From NCBI GenBank assembly GCA_047602425.1, contig JASGHG010000001.1, positions 2,336,001-2,400,000 on the forward strand: a stretch of DNA of 64,000 nt. Reading direction: 5' to 3'. Below, piece after piece: positions 59,382 through 64,000 of this stretch. Origin of the DNA: Nibricoccus sp. (GTDB taxonomy: Bacteria; Verrucomicrobiota; Verrucomicrobiia; Opitutales; Opitutaceae). Below the pieces are notes generated by a model, which was not told where the DNA came from, ran no database searches, and saw only the letters and a list, made by a program, of their open reading frames with translations. Each line of letters opens with the position of its first letter. Within the stretch, counting starts at the first letter, position 1. The translations under genes were made by a program, and so were the position numbers.

Positions 59382-59583
59382 TCGGGCCCGGCTTGAACAC
59401 GTACGACTGACTACAGGCATTCTGGCATCCAACGATGCCATTGCGGTCTGATAAACCGTAACAACGATATCGACCTGATTGTTAACAGTCATCGTTCAAC
59501 CTCTCAAAATACAAAAATTACCGCTAAAGGTTAAAACTTTTGCCACCTGCTTCAATTGTACGCGTTTCAGGCCGGTGTCCCGA
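59382..59583 (+). ncRNA. Putative ~200-nt structured RNA
   Basis: Long closing stem: TCGGG/CCCGA, CCGGCTTGAA/TTCAGGCCGG, CGTACGA/TTGTACG, TGA/TCA, with G-U pairs on the + strand. Confidence 0.55.
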
Positions 59584-59599
59584 TCAAATTGTAAGAGCC

Positions 59600-61146
59600 A
59601 TGAATATGGAAATCAAAGCCCGTGATCTCGTTGCTGCCGGTTGGCATGAAGGCCGCCGCCTGGGCGCTGCTCTCCGCCGCGCACGTGATCTCGAATCCAC
59701 TGGAATTTCTCGCGCCGAAGTGCTCGTTCAACTCGAACAAGAATTTCCAAAGCAACTCGCCGTGATTCTTCCGCGCTATGAGCCGGCTCCGCTGGCCGAA
59801 GCGATCGAAGCTACCACACCGGAAGAAGCGACCAACGTTACCTCGGCCCGTCAGCGCATGCTCGAACTTCTCCACGTCCCGGTGGTGAAGCGCGGAAGCA
59901 TCATGCCGGACGCCTGCCCGTCGGGTGGTGGTCGTGCCACGATTCCGGTTGGGGGAGCCATCGAAGTCGAGAATGCCATCATTCCCGGCGCTCACTCGGC
60001 TGATATCTGCTGCTCGATGTACGCATCCTTTTTCCCGGCCAACCATCCGGTGGGCGAAATGATGGATCATCTTCAGAAGACCACGCACTTCGGTGCGGGT
60101 GGTCGTGCACGCGGTCAGCAATGGACCACGTCGGTGGTGGAAGAGCCGGTTTGGGATAACCCTTTCCTTTCCGGACTGCGTAGCCGGGCCAGGATTTCAT
60201 GGGAACCCAAGGCGACGGAAATCATTTCGCCTATGTCGGACGTATCCAGTTTACGGATGCGCAACGCGCTGCGCTTGAATCCGCCGGCTATACCGAACTC
60301 ACCGAATGGATCGTGCGCCGCGACGGTGAATTCAACGTCCTCGTGACTCACCACGGTTCGCGTGGTCTCGGTGCTGATGTGTACAAACGCGGCCAGAAAG
60401 CTGCCCGCAAATGGTGTGACGAAAACGCCAAAGATATTCCCGACGCAGCTGTCTGGTTGCCGTACGATTCTCCGGATGGCTCCGCTTACTGGGACGCGTT
60501 GCAGTACGTATCTCGCTGGACGCGTGAAAACCACGCCCAGATCCATGCCGCCTTCCTGCGTCGCTTGGGTCAGCGTGGCCTCGTGCAAATCGGCAACGAG
60601 CACAACTTTGTTTGGAAACGCGGAGATTCTTTCTTCCACGGAAAGGGTGCTACGCCGGCGTGGAAAGACGCGCAGGGCCGTCCGCTGCTCGGAATTATTC
60701 CGCTTAACATGGCCCGTGAAATCCTCCTCGTACTTGGTTCGGACAACAACAACTACCTGTCGTTCTGTCCGCACGGCGCTGGTCGCAACCTGTCGCGCTC
60801 GGCCATGCTGCGTCCTTACAAAGACGTGGACGGTGAAATCGATCCGGCACTCGTGCAGAAGACCCTGGCCGAAACCACGGCCGGGCTTGATATCCGTTGG
60901 TTCAATGGCGCACCGGATTTGTCCGAGTCTCCGCTCGGCTACAAAAACGCTACGCAGGTGAAGGCGCAGATCGACCGCTTTGGTTTGGCCACGGTGGTTG
61001 GCGAAATCCAACCGCGCGGTTGCATAATGGCCGGCGAAGCTCCGGAACCGCCATGGGCTCGTGCTCGCCGCGAAAAACGCGCTGCCCACAAAGCCATGCG
61101 CCGCGAAGGTGAAGCTGAGGCGGCTGAAAGTGCGCGAACTTTGTGA
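59600..61146 (+). pseudogene. rtcB: RtcB family RNA ligase, frameshifted near 60189
   Basis: MPDAC, IPVGG, SADICCSM in one frame; GTQGDGNHF, HHGSRGLG, HNF, HGKGAT, HGAGR, ESPLGYK in another; one added C restores ...RAQDFMGTQG. Confidence 0.88.
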
Positions 61147-61251
61147 AGATTTTATTGGGTGGGACAGGTAATGACCCACCTGATGGTTTATAATCATATT
61201 TTTGATCGGCTGCCGTCATTAGGCGGCAATCTCAATCTCTACGTACATTTT

Positions 61252-61996
61252 ATGAGACTTTACGTCGTCAGCGACCTGCACCAGGAGTTTGCGGCATTCA
61301 CGCCGCCGAAGGTTGATTGCGACGTCGTGATTCTTGCTGGTGATATCAATTTGAAGCGGCACGGCTCTACATTGGGCGAAGGCAACATTTCCCGATCAAC
61401 CCGTCCTCTATGTTTTCGGCAACCATGAATTTTACGGGGAGAAATACCCCCGACTTATCGAAAAGGGTCGTGACCTCGTGAAGGGATCGAATGTGCGGAT
61501 CTTGGAAAACGAGATATGTGAGATCGACGGATGGAGTTTTTTCGGTGCCACCCTTTGGTCCGACTATTCTTTGTTGGGCGACCCATTCGATTCAATCGAA
61601 GCCTCCCAGCGAGTCATGACGGACTTCAAAAAGATTCGTCATTGGCCCACGCTAAAGCGGTTTCAGCCGCAGCACGTGCGGCAGGCTCATGTGAATTCCA
61701 AAAATGCACTGCGCAATTTTCTGGAGGCTGGTGACCGCGACCGGTCGGTCGTGATCACCCACCATGCTCCCTCGGCGCGGTCATTGCCGGACAAACTAAA
61801 GGCAGATCCTGTGAGTGGGGCTTATGCCTCAAATATGGATGCCTTCATCGAAGAGATGGGCCCGAAGTTATGGATTCACGGGCACATTCACACCCCGTCT
61901 TCGTACGTGATTGGTTCAACTCTGATCACGGCCAACCCACGTGGATATCCGGGTGAAACCGGCTTTGATCCTGGGTTGGTAATTGAAGTGCCATAA
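61252..61996 (+). pseudogene. Calcineurin-like metallophosphoesterase, frameshifted near 61366
   Basis: SDLH and LAGDI in one frame; GNHEFY, GATLW, THHAPS, WIHGHIH, NPRGY in the next. Confidence 0.85.
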
Positions 61997-62010
61997 ACGT
62001 TACCTTTGGT

Positions 62011-62193
62011 ATGAAAGAGACTATAGAACTTTCGGAACGCCTCGTCAAAGACGCACATGCCGTCGGCCAGATATCCGGCCGTTCAGTGGAGGATCAGATC
62101 GAATTCTGGATAGTTTTGGGGCGGGCGACAGAGAAGGCTCTGGGATCGGATCGCGCATTGACGCTCATCAAACGCATGGGAGAACTGGAATAA
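62011..62193 (+). CDS. ParD-like antitoxin (short)
   Basis: LSERLVKDA...GRSVEDQIEFW..LGR pattern. Confidence 0.65.
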   Translation: MKETIELSERLVKDAHAVGQISGRSVEDQIEFWIVLGRATEKALGSDRALTLIKRMGELE

Positions 62194-62272
62194 CCTGGTC
62201 ACAGGCCAATGCGGAAAAGCCATTGCAACTAAGCACTAGGTGGCAGGAAGGTTGAAAACCGAACAATATAAT

Positions 62273-62641
62273 ATGGATAAATCAGAAAAACAGTCCACTC
62301 CGCGGAAATCGGCCCCGCAGCCCACGGATGACGTATTGTCCGGGCTGCCCGGCATTGTAGCCGCAACCGCCTCTCTCCATCGCGCGGACGGTTGCCTTGA
62401 TGCTGCCAGGATCCAGGAACTTTTCGGCCTGCGCGCTCTTCCTGCTGATCACGAATTACCGTGGTTGGAACGGATTGCCCGTCTCCTTGTTTTTAATCCC
62501 GACCCCGACAATTTCAGGAAATGGTTGCGGCTGCCAAATTCTGAGCTGAGTGAAAATACACCAATCGGATTAATTGAATGCGGTCGGGCTGAGTTGATTG
62601 CCAACTTCGTTGAGGATATCCTGACCAACCGTGGCGGATGA
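62273..62641 (+). CDS. Xre/MbcA/ParS-type antitoxin (toxin-binding domain)
   Basis: FRKWLRLPNSELSENTPIGLIECGRAELI. Confidence 0.7.
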   Translation: MDKSEKQSTPRKSAPQPTDDVLSGLPGIVAATASLHRADGCLDAARIQELFGLRALPADHELPWLERIARLLVFNPDPDNFRKWLRLPNSELSENTPIGLIECGRAELIANFVEDILTNRGG

Positions 62642-62737
62642 TTAGTGGTACGAAGTGGTCGCGACCGGAAATACCTTTTGATCTAGGTCACTAGGTGTGA
62701 GTGGAAGAGATGGTTGTATTCCGTCTGAATTGTCTCG

Positions 62738-63712
62738 TCACCAGATTTTCCACCACGGCTTTTGGTTGGAAACGGACAGTGAAGAGGTAGACGAGGTTGT
62801 CGCACCACCCTTGGACTTAGAGGCCCAATCGGCAGCCATTTCCTCAGCGGTTTTGCAGATTGCCTGAAAGCCCGCGTAGAGAAACTTAGGTTCCTTTCGT
62901 TCCCAGCGCTTTGCGACGAAATTGAATGGGTCGGTGTTGACGTTTGCTGTGCCTCGCAAGGCGACTACCGCCAAGCATACACCATACGAATCGGAAATGA
63001 TGGCCCATTCGAAGGATTTTGCGCGCACCAAATGGTCTCCTAACATTACACCGATCCCATTCACGACCGCATCAACCGTTTTGCTGTCGTTCGGTGGTGC
63101 CGCTATAAATCGACCCCAGAACTCATCGAGCACTTCGAGTGGGATGAGGCCGTCGCCATCAAAGCCAGTGGTTTTGCGTACGCGGGCTGCAATGTCAGTT
63201 CGATGGTGCTGGAACCAACGACGCTGCGAATCTTCTAGATCGAAAATATCGATAGCATTTCCTTTACGCTGTTTGTCAGGAAAAGTGAGTCTCACACTGC
63301 GAATGATTTTTTCGACCGTTGCTCTTATGCCTTCTAGATCGAGAAACGATCGATCTGATTCTAGGTACGAAAGCGTCATTACCAGCTCACGATTGCCGAA
63401 TCCGACTATCCAAAACTCGTTTATGCCTGGTCCGTTACCCCATTCTGTTGGTTTGTTTTCTTGGTAGAAACAGAGAGCATCTGAAACGCTCTCATAGCTG
63501 ACTCCCAATTTTGCAGCTCCTTCAATGACGTTTTTTACGCAAAGATTTCGAGCTGCCGGATCTTTTCCCTGCACGGTAATGCCGCTGATATGAAGTGTGA
63601 ACCGATCTGACGCGTCGACGGCGAGGAGCGCGCCAGACTCGTCGTATGAGCAACGCAAATACGACGGCAGCTCGATGTCCATTAATAGATCTCCGACAGC
63701 GATGCGTGTCAT
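62738..63712 (-). CDS. DUF3806-like domain protein with KPWWKIW tail
   Basis: GIGVMLGDHL...FEWAIISDSYG...P...VAKRWE; C-terminal KPWWKIW. Confidence 0.6.
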   Translation of the reverse strand: MTRIAVGDLLMDIELPSYLRCSYDESGALLAVDASDRFTLHISGITVQGKDPAARNLCVKNVIEGAAKLGVSYESVSDALCFYQENKPTEWGNGPGINEFWIVGFGNRELVMTLSYLESDRSFLDLEGIRATVEKIIRSVRLTFPDKQRKGNAIDIFDLEDSQRRWFQHHRTDIAARVRKTTGFDGDGLIPLEVLDEFWGRFIAAPPNDSKTVDAVVNGIGVMLGDHLVRAKSFEWAIISDSYGVCLAVVALRGTANVNTDPFNFVAKRWERKEPKFLYAGFQAICKTAEEMAADWASKSKGGATTSSTSSLSVSNQKPWWKIW

Positions 63713-63746
63713 AGGCGTGAGGTTGGTCTAGTATGCCTCATATAGA

Positions 63747-63998
63747 TCAAACTGGTATGTGCCAGCGGGTGATCGCACCAGAGCTATCGAACACGGCCAA
63801 TTCGTGTGGTATGTTCGTTCCGCTCAGGCCGATTGTTACGGCGTTGCTAGATGGTAGAGAGAACCATCCAGCCTCATGCATGCGGCCTTCGTGACACTGG
63901 AAAACTTTTCCATCTCCTCCTGAAAGTACAACAAGTCGTCCATCTTGAAGGTAGGTCCCGCGTGGCATTGGCATGGTATCATCCAAGCTCGCTATGGA
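63747..63998 (-). CDS. C-terminal part of a beta-repeat (WD40-like) protein, partial
   Basis: Frame is open to the window edge; LSGGDGKV and DSSGAITRW. Confidence 0.4.
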   Translation of the reverse strand, partial: SIASLDDTMPMPRGTYLQDGRLVVLSGGDGKVFQCHEGRMHEAGWFSLPSSNAVTIGLSGTNIPHELAVFDSSGAITRWHIPV

Positions 63999-64000
63999 AT

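Noticed and set aside
50243..64000. Prophage or integrative element inserted at tRNA-Ile
   Set aside because: No integrase, phage structural gene or att duplication seen, and the array lies on the 5' side of the tRNA; cannot be excluded beyond the window edge

Overview
Chromosomal window from a GC-rich bacterium; gene content and protein style point to Verrucomicrobiota/Opitutaceae (inference). 1-50.2 kb is mostly core and metabolic: an MtrA/MtrB-like porin-multiheme cytochrome pair, trmB, a complete atpBEFHAGDC operon, alpha-2-macroglobulin, a Fic protein with a tandem operator, a SWIM-SNF2 helicase, glyQS, a PL4 lyase, pdxH, an ECF sigma fusion, nifJ plus a DHODH-like gene, apt, a hybrid kinase, and a LacI/TonB/MFS/GH88/GH42/DUF2264 glycan locus. 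From 50.2 kb: a tRNA-Ile(CAU) interrupted by a 233-nt group I intron, a LysR gene, and a divergent unit made of a 51-codon leader ORF coupled to an antiterminator/terminator switch, an array of about 37 tRNA genes covering all 20 amino acids, then HNH nuclease, FliA/WhiG-like sigma, DIP1984-like protein, a ~200-nt structured RNA, RtcB and a metallophosphoesterase (both frameshifted) and two orphan antitoxins. Nearly all array tRNAs have a rewired elbow (D-loop AG / T-loop NGC instead of GG / TTC), and several are interrupted by a 59-80 nt palindromic element. The best candidate for a new system is an attenuator-controlled backup tRNA set with RNA repair functions. All calls come from manual reading; no searches were run.
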